The notes beneath the pieces were generated by a model, which saw only the letters and a program-made list of their open reading frames with translations, had not been told where the DNA came from and searched no databases. From Scenedesmus sp. PABB004 (Eukaryota), in assembly GCA_014905635.1 (NCBI GenBank), contig JABVCE010000020.1, positions 558,001 through 622,000 of the forward strand: a DNA stretch of 64,000 nt, given 5' to 3'. Shown one piece after another: positions 21,954 through 34,000 of this stretch (positions are counted from its first letter, which is position 1; every line of letters begins with the position of its first letter). A program made the position numbers and the translations under genes.

Positions 21954-22661
21954 ATGGCCGACGACCCGCTGGCCGCGAGCGGCTCCTTCTTTGGATTCAC
22001 GTGCGGCGCCGCGCGCGCACGCGCGCCGTGCCGCCCTGGGCCGCGCGCTGCGCGCCACGCCGCGCCGCGCGCTCTGCTCGCCGCCAGGGCGCTCGGCGCG
22101 ACGGACCCCTTCTTCGACGCCGCCGCGACCACGACCGCGCTGCCCTTCCACGCCATCCCGGAGGGCGCGTTCCGCGCCGCGTTTGACGCGCACGTGCTCG
22201 GCGCGGGCTCGCCCGTCGCGGCGGCGCTGCAGGTCGACGGCAGCAGCCACGCGGCGCGGGCCGCGCTCGGGGACATGCTCAACGCCCTGCTCGGCCGCCA
22301 GGCGAGCCGGGCCGAGCTGCAGGCCTGGTTCAGCCGCCTCGACTTTGACGGCGCGCCTGTGATCGGCCGCGCCGAGTTCGACGCCGCCGTGTCGGCGCTG
22401 CGGGCCTTCTCCGCCGCGCCGCAGTCGGCGCGCCAGTTTGACAGCCACGCGCGCTGGGCCGCGGAGCGCGCGCGCCACCGCCGCGTGGGCTGGGAGCTGC
22501 GGTCGTCGCTGCGCGAGCCGCTCACGAGCGCGCAGTGCGTCGGCTGGCACGCGGCCAAGCCGCGCGGCGGCGGCGGCGGGGCGCGGTTCCCGCTCTCCCA
22601 CACCGACGTGACGCGCGTCGAGGGGCGCAGCGCCGCGCACTACTACGGCCAGCTGCCGTGA
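21954..22661 (+). CDS. FAP85/TEX49(SPMIP11)-like EF-hand microtubule inner protein; one in-frame intron 22001-22087
   Basis: Spliced [15 protein letters not shown]-hand-like [43 protein letters not shown]. These resemble FAP85/TEX49 motifs as I recall them. Confidence 0.7.
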   Translation: MADDPLAASGSFFGFTCGAARARAPCRPGPRAARHAAPRALLAARALGATDPFFDAAATTTALPFHAIPEGAFRAAFDAHVLGAGSPVAAALQVDGSSHAARAALGDMLNALLGRQASRAELQAWFSRLDFDGAPVIGRAEFDAAVSALRAFSAAPQSARQFDSHARWAAERARHRRVGWELRSSLREPLTSAQCVGWHAAKPRGGGGGARFPLSHTDVTRVEGRSAAHYYGQLP

Positions 22662-24971
22662 GCTCGGGGGCGCGCGGGCTGCGAGCGCGCGCGCGGGCCG
22701 AGGGCGGCGTGCAATCGAGCCGCCGGCCCCGCCGTTGCGCGGTCGCCGCTGCCAGCGGCTGCGTGCGCGAGCCGTGTCTGCTGAGCCGCCGAGGTTCAGG
22801 GGTTCAGGCCGCGCGTCGCGCCGCGGCGCGCTCACGCGGCCCGATCGTCAAGCGTCCTCCACTGCCTGCTCTCCCAGCGGCAGCGCCCGGCGCTCGCGCG
22901 ATCGCCTGCAGCGCGGTGCCGCGCCGCGCGCTCGCGTCGCCGCCGCCACCGCCGCCGCGCCAGCAGCGCTCACCGAGGCCGGAGTGCCGGGGCGCCCACA
23001 ACCAGGCGCGTGGCGAGGGCGGGAGGCCCAGATCCGCGCGCCGGGGGCGGAGGCGGCGCGCGCCGCCGTCGCCGCTGCCTCACCGCCTGCGTGCTGCGGC
23101 CCTGGGCTGCGCCCACACGCGCGCACGGTGCTCCGCCCCCTGCGGCACCGCTGGCCCTGGGGCCCACAGCGGCGGCGCGGCGCGCGCGCCGCGTGGTCGG
23201 CGACCTCCGCCGCGTTCTTGCTGTTTGGTGCGAGATCGAGAGCGAGGCCGCCGACCGTGCGGCCCACGCGCGCGCCGATGCCGGCCCGGCGGGGGCGCGC
23301 AGGCCGGCTGCGCCCGGTGGCGCCCGGCGCGCGCCGCCCCCGGGCGCGCCGCCCCGGGGGCGCGCCCATCGCGCAGCTCGCGCCCGCCGCCGTTGGTCGC
23401 GCCCGGGCGCCGCTCCGCCCCGCGCTGCGCGAGCTCGCGCCCGCGCGGGCGCTCGCGGCGCGCACTCATCGGGGGTTGATCCTCGGCGCCGGCTCCTCGG
23501 CCTTGGTCTCTGCAGTGCCTGCGGGCGAGGCGGAGCCGGCGCTGCGGATTAACCCCCCGGGCCGCTCACCGCGCTCGCCGTGAGCGCGGCGATCGCCGCG
23601 CCTGCGCGGGCCGGCGCAGCACGTGCCCTCACGCCCCGGCCGCCCGTCCGCCCCGCCCCGCGCGCGCGCGCGCGCCCACAGGCGCTGCTCCGCGTTGGAT
23701 TTGATCCCAGCACGCCGGGCGTGCGGCCGCCGGAGGTGGGCACCTCAAACGTGTAGAGGGCGACCTGAGCAGGCCGCGGGCGCTCTGAGCGCGTGCGCCG
23801 ACCCCCGAGAGACGGCGGAGACGCTGCTGCTGGCGCGGCCGAGTCGCCGGCCGCCCAGGTGTGCAGCGCGCGGGGGGTGCACGGCGCAGGCGCGGCGGTG
23901 GCCCCGCAGGCATATGCGCGGCGCACGGCGCAGGGGCGCGGCCGTGGCCTGCGCTCACGCCTGCGCTCGCGCGCGCGCTCGCGCCGCCGCGCAGGCCGCC
24001 CAGGGCTGCTCGCGCCCGGACGCCGCCTTGAAGTTCGCAGGCGCGGGCTGCGCGGCGCGGGCTTCAAGGTGGCGTCCTGGCGTGAGCAGCTCTGGGTGAA
24101 CCGCGCGCCAGGCGTGGAGAGAGAGAGGATGCCAACTGAGGTCCACGCTCTCGAGGCCGACCCCGCCCGTCCGGAAGGGGTCACCGACTGCGTACGGGAC
24201 GCCTTGCGGTCGGGCGGGGTCGGCCCGAGGCGCGTGCGTGCGCGTGTGCAGCGCGCGCGCCCAGGCGCCACCTGGCAGCCCGCGCTCCCCACGGCCTGCG
24301 CGGCCGGGGGAGGCGCCGCCAGGGGCGCGCGGCGGGTGGAGCCCGCGCGGCGGCCAGGTCGAGCCTTTGACGCCGCGCGCCGCCCGCACGGCGCGGCACC
24401 GCGAGCCGGGTGCCGCTGCGGAGGCCGCGCTGGCCCGCGCGCGCTGCGAGCCCCACCAGGCGCAGCAGCGTGCCCTGCTGGCACAGGGCGGGCACTTCCA
24501 CGTCCACGTCATCAACCAGCAGGGCGCGCTGCGGCGTCTGACCGAGCTGGCCCCGCACCGGCGGCAGCGGCGGCACCGGCGCGCGGGGGCGGGACGGCAC
24601 GGGCGCGTGGGCGGCGGGGGCGCGCGCCGGGGGCGTGCGGCGCGGGGGCGGGTGGGGCCGGCGGGGGCGCGCGCCGGGGGCACGGGGCGCGCGCCGGGGG
24701 CACGGGGCGCGCGGGCGACGGGGCGGGGCAGGCCAGGTGTGATTGGCTTGGGCACGCGGCGGTCAGGCGCGAGCACCAGCGCGGCGGCGAGAGAGAGCGG
24801 GCCGCGCGCGCGGGCGAGCGAGGGAGGCGTGCAACCGACTTCCCGGCTCCGCCGTTGTCCGCGCGGCCGCATCGCAGCGGCGCGCCCCGCGCCGCGCCGC
24901 CGCCGCGACCAAGCTCGGGCCGGGCCCGGCGCCCGACCCACGGCCCGGCGCTCAGCAGCGCGCGCGGGCGC

Positions 24972-25218
24972 CTCGGGCTCGCAGCGCGTCAGACGTCGAG
25001 CTCGCAGCGCCTCAGAAGTCGAGCTGCCAGCGCCTCAGACGTCGAGCTCGCAGCGCCTCAGACGTCGGGCTCGCAGCGCCTCAGGCGTCGGGCTCGCAGC
25101 GCCTCAGGCGTCGGGCTCGCAGCGCCTCAGACGTCGAGCTCGCAGCGCCTCAGACGTCGGGCTCGCAGCGCCTCAGACGTCGGGCTCGCAGCGCCTCAGA
25201 AGTCGAGCTCGCAGCGCC
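24972..25218. repeat. 23-bp minisatellite, about 10.7 copies (GTCGRGCTCGCAGCGCCTCAGAC)
   Basis: Head-to-tail units start at 24972, 24995, 25018, 25041, 25064, 25087, 25110, 25133, 25156, 25179 and 25202 (partial), with no spacers. Confidence 0.95.
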
Positions 25219-27800
25219 GGCCGGTGAGGAAGGCGTCGAGCTGGGCGTAAAACTCCAGCATGACCGTGTGGTCGAGGTGCCGCGCCGTGCGGCGCAGCGG
25301 CAGCTTGGCGCACTTCCACGTCTGCACGACGTCGGGCACCTGCGGCGCGCACGGGCGGGGGCGGGGCGGGCGACTGAGCGGCGGCGCGCGCGCGCGCGTA
25401 CCCCCGAGCGCAGCGCGCGCTGCCTCAAAAGCTGCATCACGCAGAAACATGACAAACGAAACGCTCGTGACACCTAAACACGCGCCTTCTCGTCGCTATA
25501 GTGCAGGAACGCGCCAAAGAGGTTGCTGAACGTCTCCATCAGCTCGCCGCGCTCCGCGCCGCGGAACGGAAACTCCTTCAGCTGCCACGCCTTGCCCTGG
25601 GGTTGAGGAGGCGCGCGCGGCGCGCGGCGCGAGGCGCGCAGGGGGGTGGGCGGCGGCACCCGTGGCGCGGGCGCGCGCAGCCGGCGCGCGGCGCGCCGCG
25701 CCTGGCGCTCGCCCGGCCGGCGCGCGCGCGGACCTGCAGGATGACCGCGACGACGCGCTGCCAGTCGGGGTGGCCCGCCTTGGGTACCTTGTCCGTGATC
25801 TGGTAGCTGCGGCGACGCGTAGGGCGGCGCGGAGCGGGGCGCGGCGTCGGCCCGGGCGGACACGCATCTGCGCACACGCAGCGGCGCGGGCCGCGCGCGG
25901 CGGCGGCGGCGCGCACCGCGGGAAGCGCGGCCCCGTCCGCAGCGCGGTGCGGTTGAACTCCAGCGCCTTGGCCGGCTTGACCCCGCCTGCCGCCGCCGCG
26001 GCCTCGTCGCTGCGCGCGCGCGCGCGGCGCGGCGTCGACGGCGGCGGCGTCGGCAGCGCCGGCAGCGCCGGCGCGAGCAGATTCAGACTCACATTCACAC
26101 GCCGTGCACGCACGCGCGAGCAAACCTCCCCACCCACCTGCGCACGAAGCGGCCCTCCTCGAGGAACTGCTTGGCGTTGAAGATGTTGACCATCGCCGTC
26201 ACGCCGTTTGGCACGAGGATGATCGGCGGCCCGCTGCGCTGCCGCCCGCCCGCGCCGCCGCCGCCGGCGCCGGCGCCGCCGCCCGCCGCGGCCTTGTGCG
26301 ACGCGCTGCCCGGCCGGCCGCCGCTGCCCGGCCGGCTGCCGCCGCTGCCCGGCCGCCCGCCCGCCGGCGCCGGCGCCGGCGCGGGCGCGCCGCCGGCGGC
26401 CGCCGCTGCGGCCGGGCGCCTGCTGGCGGGCGCCGCGCCGCCGATGCCGTAGCCGAGCTGGCCGACCACCGCCGCGTCGGCGCCGATCGCCCCGACGTCC
26501 TGCTCGCGCTCCATGCGGCCGGAGGGCTTCATGAAGGCTGGGGCCGCCTGGGCGCGGGGCAGCGCCCGCGCGGCGGTGCGGTGCGGGGCGGCGGTGAGCG
26601 CGGGCGGGAGGGACGGCTGTGCGCGCGGGCGGACGCGGGGCGCCCCGGTCGCGCACCTTTTGCTGCTGCTGCGCCGCCGCCGCCCGGCCGCCGCCGCCCT
26701 TGCCGCCGCTGCCGCCCGCGGCCGGCTTGGCCGCCGCCGCGGCGTCGAGCGTCTTGCGCGCGGCCAGGACCTGGTGGGTGTGCGACGGTGGGTGCGCGTG
26801 TGCGTGAGAGAGCGTCCAGGCGGCGGCGCGGGTGCGGGCGGCAAGCAGCGGGCGCGCGCGCGACCCACCTTGTCCAGCATCTCAAGGACGGGCTTGAAGT
26901 TGGCGCCCGGCGCGCACTGCACGCGGTGGCGGCGGCGGCGTGCGGGCGAGGGTCAGCCGGCCGCCACGTCGCTGGCGCGGGCACCGCCAGCCACCGCGCG
27001 GGCGCGCGGGGCGCACCAGGAGCGAGTTGCGGTCGCGCAGCTGCTTCTCCTGCTCAAAGAGGTGCTTCAGCGCCGCGGCCTCGCCCTCGCTTGGCTCTGC
27101 ACGCGCGCCCCGCGGCGGGCGCGGCGCGTGGGCGCGCCGCGCCGCTGCCGCCTGCCGCGCCGGCGGGGGGCACTAGCAGCGTCGGCGCCGCCGCCCTGTC
27201 GCCCTGCCGCCGCTGCGCCGCGGCGCCGCGCACCCTCGACGCGCTGCTTCTTGGCCGCCGGCTCGTCAAAGTGCGCGGTCGGGACGACGTCGGCGATGTG
27301 GTTGGTGTGGCTGAGCTTGCCGGTCAGGTAGTCTCGCAGCGCCTGCGCCGGGCGGGCGGGCGGGCGGGCGGGCGGGGGGGCGCGAGCCTGGGCTCACGCA
27401 ATGCCGGGCGCGCGCGCCCGCTGCACGCCGCCGCTGCCCGCCGCCGCTGCGCGCCGCGGGCTCTCGCCGCTGCCGCGCCGCCGCGCCGCGCGCCGCCAAG
27501 CGCGCGCCGCCGCCGCCGCCGCCGCGCCTCGCGGTCCTTGAGGTCGATCTGCCCCGTCTTGCTGCGGATGGCGGCGGCGACGTACTGGCCCATGTTGTTG
27601 TTGGAGGTGATGGCCTTGATGAAAAAGGCGACCGCCGCGAGGCTGTAGTGGTCGCCCGCGCCATCCTTTGCCCGGAACGCCGTCGGCGCCGCCTTTGGGA
27701 AGCTGTACTTGTCGCTGAAGCGCACGCGGTCGCCCTCGAGCGAGACCTGGTCGAGCTGGCCGGCCAGGCAGTACTCCTTGAGGATCGCGAGCGGGTCCAT
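25196..27800 (-). CDS. CDC73: CDC73/parafibromin (PAF1 complex subunit), about 9 exons
   Basis: MDPLAILKEY..RVRFSDKYSFPK; DRE-ALRDYLTG; PIILVPNGVTAMVNIFNAKQFLEEGRF; DWQRVVAVILQGKAWQLKEFPF; RHLD..FYAQLDAFL. Confidence 0.95.
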
Positions 27801-27812
27801 GGCGCCCGCTGC

Positions 27813-27854
<42 letters not shown>

Positions 27855-28656
27855 GCGCGCCGCCGCCGCCGCCCGACGCGGGCGAGGGGCGGCGCCCCCG
27901 CCGGGGTGCTGGGCCGGGGAGGGCGGGGCTCCGAGCGGCGGCCGGCTGCGCGCGCGACCGGCGGGCCGCGCAGGGCAGGGGGCGCGGCGCGCGCGGTGGC
28001 GACTGCTGCTGCTGCCGCTGCTGGGGGGGTGGTTGCGCGTGAGCCGCCGCCTGCGCTTCCGGCGTCGCGGGCTGCGTGTGGAGGAGGGATCCACGCCGGG
28101 AGCTCGCTGCTTGTTCCAGGAAACGCGGGTCTTGCCGATGCGAAGCCCCGGCCCCCGCGCTGCCCTCGCCGCCCGGCGCCGCGCCAGCGCCCCAGTCGGC
28201 GCGCAAACCGCACCGCGCCTCCCTTCCGACACCGCAGGGACCGCCGCAGGCCCCCAGCGCGGCGCAGCGCTCCCGCGCTCGCGGCGAGGGCAGCAGCGCG
28301 CGGCCGCGGGCTCCGCCGCGCCCCCGGAGAGGCTTCAGGTGGCCCTCTTACGGCCGTGCTCGGTGCCAGCAGCGCCCGCGGCGGGAGCTCTGCGCCCTCG
28401 GCTCGCTTCGGCGCTCACGGCCTCGCCACGGCCTGGCAGTCGGCTCTGCGCGCGGCCCCGGTTGCGGACTAGGGCCCCTGTGCGCGACAGCGCCGGGCGG
28501 CGCCTGAGCGCGCGCAGGTGCGGCGCCAGCGGGGGGCGTGGCCTGCCTCCGAGCTGGCAGGCGGCAGCGCGGCCGCCCCGGCCCCCGCCCGGCCGGCCCC
28601 GGGTCGCAGCGAGCCCGTGTCTCGCGTGGGGAGCCGCCGCGCGGGGAGCCGCCGAC

Positions 28657-28693
<37 letters not shown>

Positions 28694-28719
28694 GCCGCGC
28701 CCCGCAGAGCAGCGCCGCC

Positions 28720-29291
28720 ATGGCGGCCCGCCGCCAGCAGGAGAGCTGGCTGGCGCGCAACCGCACGGCCGTGATCCTCGCGGCCGCGGGCATCGCGGGC
28801 GTGGCGGCGTGGCGCGCCGCCGCGCGCTCGGAGCGCGTGCGCGCGACGCACGAGGCGCTCGCCGCGGCGGCCGCGGCGCTCTCGCGCGCTGCCGACGCCG
28901 CGGCCGCGGGCGGTGACATCGTGAGCACGCTCGCGACCGACCTGCGCGCCTTCCTGTCGAGCGACGACGCCGAGCTGCCGCCGAGCCTGCGCCAGCTCGG
29001 CCGCCTCGCGCGCAGCGACGAGGTGCAGGCGACGCTCGCGGCGTGCGTCGCGTCGGCGGCGCGCGGGCTCGCGAGCCCCGCCGCGGGCGACGGCGGCAGC
29101 GGCGGCGTCGTCGACCGCGTCATCGCGGCGCTGCTGAGCGAGCAGGGGCACAGCCTCGTCGGCCTCGCCGTGCGCAGCGCGGCCGCGGCGTCGGGCGACG
29201 CCTTTGTCGCCGCGGTGCGCGCGGGCGTCGAGGCGGCGATGCGCGGCGCCGGCGACGGCGCCGGCGCCGGCGCGGCCAGCCCGGCGCGCGC

Positions 29292-29349
<58 letters not shown>

Positions 29350-30558
29350 CGGGAGCAGCAGCAGGGGCAGGAGCAGGAGCAGCAGCCGTTCAGCCCGGGC
29401 CTGTCGCTCGTCGGCAGCCCGCTGCGCTTCCCGCAGCGCGGCGCGGGGGGCGCGGGCGCGCTCGCCGGCGTCGACGGCCTCGACGGCCTGCCGCCGCTCG
29501 CGGCCGCGGCGCTCGGCGCGCTGGGCAGCCCCGCGGCGCTGTCGCTGCTCAACGCGCTCGTGTCGACGACCGTCGGCGCCGCGGTCGGCGCGTACGTCGA
29601 CCGCGCGGGCGGCGAGAGCATGCTCGCGGCCTCGCTCGACGCGCTGTCGCGGCCGGCGAACAAGGCGCTGATCATCGACGTCATGTCGAGCGTGTCGGCC
29701 GCGTTCTGCCGCGAGGCCGCGGCAGCGTGCGTCGCGCCCGCCGCCGCGGTCGCGTCGCGCCCGCCGTCGCGGCTCGACGCGGTCGGCGACGCGGCGGCGT
29801 CGCCGCCGGCGCACGCCGCGCTCGCGGCGGCGGCCTCGGCCGCGGCCGCGGCGCGGCACCACCACGGGCACGCGCAGCAGCACCACGGCCACGCCGCGCC
29901 GCACGCGCTGCTCGCGGCGCCCGCGGCCGGCGGCGGCGGCAGCGCCGCGGGCAGCCCGCTCAAGCCGCTCGCGTTCCCGCAGCCCCCGCGCAGCGCGGGC
30001 GCTGCGGGCGCGGGCAGCGACGACGGCGGCAGCGGGCCGAGCACGCCGCAGAGCGGCCCGAGCACGCCCGAGCCGAGCGTCGCGGCCGACCCCGGCGCCG
30101 GCCTCGCCGGCAGCGCCGCCGCGGGGCTCGTCGTGCGGCGCAGCAGCTTTGGCGGCCTCGTGCGCAGCTGGGGCGTCGGCGGCGGCGCCGGCGCGGGCGA
30201 CGCGGCGGGCCTGGGGCCGATGAGCACCGCGGTCACGCTCTTTGTGCAGGCCGCGCGCTTCCAGGAGTTTCGGTCGCTCATGGTTGACGTCAGCCGCAGC
30301 AGCACGCGCGAGTTTGTGCTCTCGCTGCTGCCGCCGGGCTGGCACGGCGCCGCGGCGGCGGCGGCCGCGGGCGGCGGGCGCGGGCGCGCGCGCCGCGGCG
30401 CCGGTGCCGGCGGCGGCGAGCTGGCCGGCGGCGGCGCCGCCGGCGCGGCGCTGACCGCCGCGCTGTACCGCGTGTACAGCAGCGTGTGCGTGCTGCTGCT
30501 CCTGGTCGTCTACGCGCTCGGCCCGCGTGCGATGCTCGCCGACGCCGGCGTCGCGTGA
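28720..30558 (+). CDS. PHLOEM PROTEIN 2-LIKE A10 family protein, intronless
   Basis: An N-terminal TM segment followed by DLRAFLSSDDAELPPSLRQLGRLARSDEV, matching the plant family pattern DL..FL.SD..E.P.SL.Q as I recall it; AVGAYVDR; C-terminal TM segment. Confidence 0.8.
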
Positions 30559-30649
30559 GCCGCGCGCGCGGGCTGTGCCGCGCGGCGCGCAGCGGTCGTG
30601 TGTTCTGTCCCTGAATTCGTCCGGCCTCTCGACCCTGACCCTGACTGAC

Positions 30650-30696
<47 letters not shown>
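30650..30696. repeat. (TGCG)n tetranucleotide microsatellite
   Basis: About 12 units read directly, downstream of the 30558 stop. Confidence 0.95.
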
Positions 30697-31010
30697 CACT
30701 GCCCCCCGTGCCGCGCGCAGCTGGAGCGTTTGACGGCCCGATTGCCCTGCGTGCGGCGCGAGAGCGAGCGGCGACGGTGGCGTCCGGGGCCGGCGGCGCG
30801 GCGCGTCGTCCACGCCGCGGGCGCCGTGGTGCAAAGCCCCGAGCTGCGCTTCGGCGGCGGCGGCGGTCTGCGCGGCGCGGCGTGCAGCGGTCAGCGCACG
30901 CAGTGGCACGCCCGCACAGCTCTCTCCGGCTCCACCAGCGCAGCCAGCGCGCCCCCTCCCGCCCGCCTCAGCCCGCGAGCAGCAGCCCGCTCATCGCGGC
31001 CAGGGCCGAA

Positions 31011-34000
31011 ATGCTGGCCCAGCAGCGCGTCGCCGCGCCGGGCGGGCGCACGGCCGAGCGCCGCGCCCGCGCGGGCGCAGCAGCGCCGGCGGGCGTTGGC
31101 TCGGGGCGGGCGCGGACCACCATCAGGGCTTCGCCCTGCACGGCCGGCGCCGCGCGCTCCCGCGTCGTGCGCCTGGCGCCCGTGGCATCCCAGGTGCGCG
31201 CGCGCACGGGCGGCACGCGGCCGCGCCAGGCGCGTGGGGCCGGCGCGCCGGCGCTGCTCCGACGGCCGCCGGCGCGGGGCGCGGCGGCGGCCGCGCGCTG
31301 CGCGCGCGCCCCGGGCCGCCACCCACGTCTGAACACGCACAATCGAGCTCCCCGCGCGGCGTGGGGCAGCCTTCGCCGCCGAGCAGCCGCGGGCGGCGCC
31401 GCGGCCAGCCGCCGGGCACGCTGCGCGCCGGGCCCGCGCGGCGCCTCCGACGCCAGCCCCCGCCGCCGCACCGCCGCCGCGCCGCGCCCGGGCCGCCTCC
31501 CTCATTGGTGCAGGCGGTGGAGGAGATCACAGTTTACACCTCGGTCGACTCCATGTCGGTCAAGGACGAGCAGGTCGGCGCTTGCAGGACACGGCGGCGG
31601 CGGCGGCGGCGGCCGCGCGCGCACAGGGCCGCGGCGCGTGGCGCCCGCAGGACACCGCGCGGCGGCGGCCGACGCGCCGACGCGCCCGCGCACGCGCACG
31701 CAGGTGCGGCTCGACAAGCCGCGCGTCGTCGTGCTCGGCAGCGGCTGGGCGTCGGCGTCGTTCTTCAAGGCGCTGCCGAGCAGCATCAAGTGCGCCGCCG
31801 GCGGCGGCGCGCGGCGCGCGCGCGCGCGCGGAGGCAGCGGGCGGCGGCCGCGCGGCCAGCGAGGCGGCGCGAAGCCTGGGGCAGGGTTCGAGCCGCCGCC
31901 GCTAAACCCTTGTGTGTTGCCAGCTAGCTAAACCCCCGTCATCGCGGCGCAGGGACAAGTACGAGGTGGTCATGGTCTCGCCCCGGAACTATTTCCTTTA
32001 CACCCCGCTGCTGGTGAGGCACGGGAAGCCGGGCGGGAGCCGGGCAGACGGGCGGCGGGCAGGCGGGCAGGAGGAGGGGCAGGCGGGAGCAACGCGGGCG
32101 GCGGGCAGTGGAAGAGTGGAAAGCGGGAGGGCGGGCCCCTGGAGGAGCGGCGCTGCTGGCGCGGGGCACGCCGGCGCAGCGCAGCGCAGCGCAGCGGCGG
32201 CGAGCCTGCGCCGCGCAGCGCGGCGCTCACGCCCCCGCCGCCGCCGCCGCCGCCGCCGCGTCGTCGTCGCAGCCCGCGGTCGCGGTGGGCACGATGGAGG
32301 AGCGCAGCATCGTGGAGCCCGTGCGCAACCTGGTGCTGGGCAAGGGCGCCTACTACGAGGCGGTGTGCAAGGCCATCGACCCCGCGCGCAAGGAGCTGGT
32401 CGCCTGCTTCCCCAAGGACGCGGGTGCGCGCCGCGCCCGCACGCACGCCGCCGCGCCCGCGGCGCGCTGCCGCCCGGCGCCGCCCGGCGCCGCCTGCGCT
32501 GCCGGCTGCCGCCCGGCGCCGCCTGCGCTGCCGGCTGCCGCCCGCGCCGCCCGTGCTGCCTGCGGCACGCTGCCGCCGGCCGCCGCGTGCGCTGCTGGCT
32601 GCCCCCCGCCCCCCGCACACCCACACCCGCACCCACCCGGGCCGCGGCGCCGCGGTTCAGGGTTTGACGAGGCGTGCTTCAAGATCAAGTATGACGCCCT
32701 CATCATCGGCGTGGGGTCGGTCAACAACACGTTCGGCATCGCTGGCGTGCAGGAGGTGCGCGGGGGGCAGGGCGCGGCGTCGCGTTCACCTGCGCGCGTG
32801 CGGGGCAGCGGGCGCGTGCGGGCGCGCCGCCGCCCGCGCCGCGCCCGCCCGCCCGCCAACCCCAACCAACCTCAACCCATCAAACCCACGCCGCAGTACT
32901 GCCAGTTCTTCAAGTCCATCGAGGACGCGGGCGCGCTGCGCCGCCGCATCTCAGAGTGCTTCGAGCGCGCCGCGCTGCCCTACGTGCGCGCGCGCCGCGC
33001 CGCGCCTGCGGCCGCGCGCCTCTGCGCACGCCGCGCGGCCTCCCGCGCCCCGCGGGCTCCCTCCCGCCCACACGGCCTCCCTCGCTCACCCCCCCCCCCC
33101 CCCCCCCCCCCCCGCCCCCTCCCCCGTGCCGCGCGCGCGGCCCGCAGACGCCGCCCGAGGAGCGGCGGCGGCTGCTGTCGTTCGTCGTGTGCGGCGGCGG
33201 CCCCACGGGCGTCGAGGTCGCGGCGGAGCTGCACGACTTCATCTTTGACGACCTCTCGGTGCGTTATTTTTGTCATATGTTGTTCCTTTCTGTTTTCCTT
33301 GCTTTCAACGACCCGCGGGCGCGCGGGCGCGCGCCGTGCACCCCCCGCGGCAGCGCGCGCTCCCACCCCCCCCCCCTCTTGTCACCCGCGTGCCCTGTCC
33401 CCCGTCCCCGGGTTGCCCCCCGTGTGCCCCCGCGTGCCCCCCACGTGTGCCCCGCGTTGCCCCCCGTGCGTCCCATCCACCGCCAGGAGCACTACCCCGA
33501 CCTCATGAGGGACGTCAAGATCCGCGTCATCGAGCTCATGGACTACGTGAGCCTTTGTTCAGGGCCTTTTTGAAGGACTTGGGGCTTAGGGTTCAGGGTT
33601 GCGACTGACCGCCGCGCGCCGCACGCCCGCCCCGCCGACTCGCGCACGCACGCGCCCACACACGCCCTCACGCGCACGCACGCACGCACGCACGCACGCG
33701 CCCTCACGCCCCCCCCCTTCCCCAAACACACCCACACGCGCGCGCCCAGGTGCTGTCCACGTACGACCGCAAGATCGGGGAGTTCACCGCGCAGCAGTTC
33801 TCACGCGCCGGTGCGGCGCCGCGGCGCGCCTCGGCCCCTCCCCCCCCCCCCTGAGCGCTCGGCCCCCGCCTCGCGGCGCTGCCCCGCCTGCCACGCCATG
33901 CCAACCCCCGTATCGGTCGACGGCGATGGCTCACCACCACCAGGCATCGAGCTGGTGCTCAACACGCGCGTGGCGAGCGTGCGCGACGGCTACGTGAGCG

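Noticed and set aside
24972..25218. CRISPR-like appearance of the 23-bp repeat array
   Set aside because: The units are contiguous with no unique spacers, there are no cas genes, the context is eukaryotic, and the unit derives from the CDC73 3' end.
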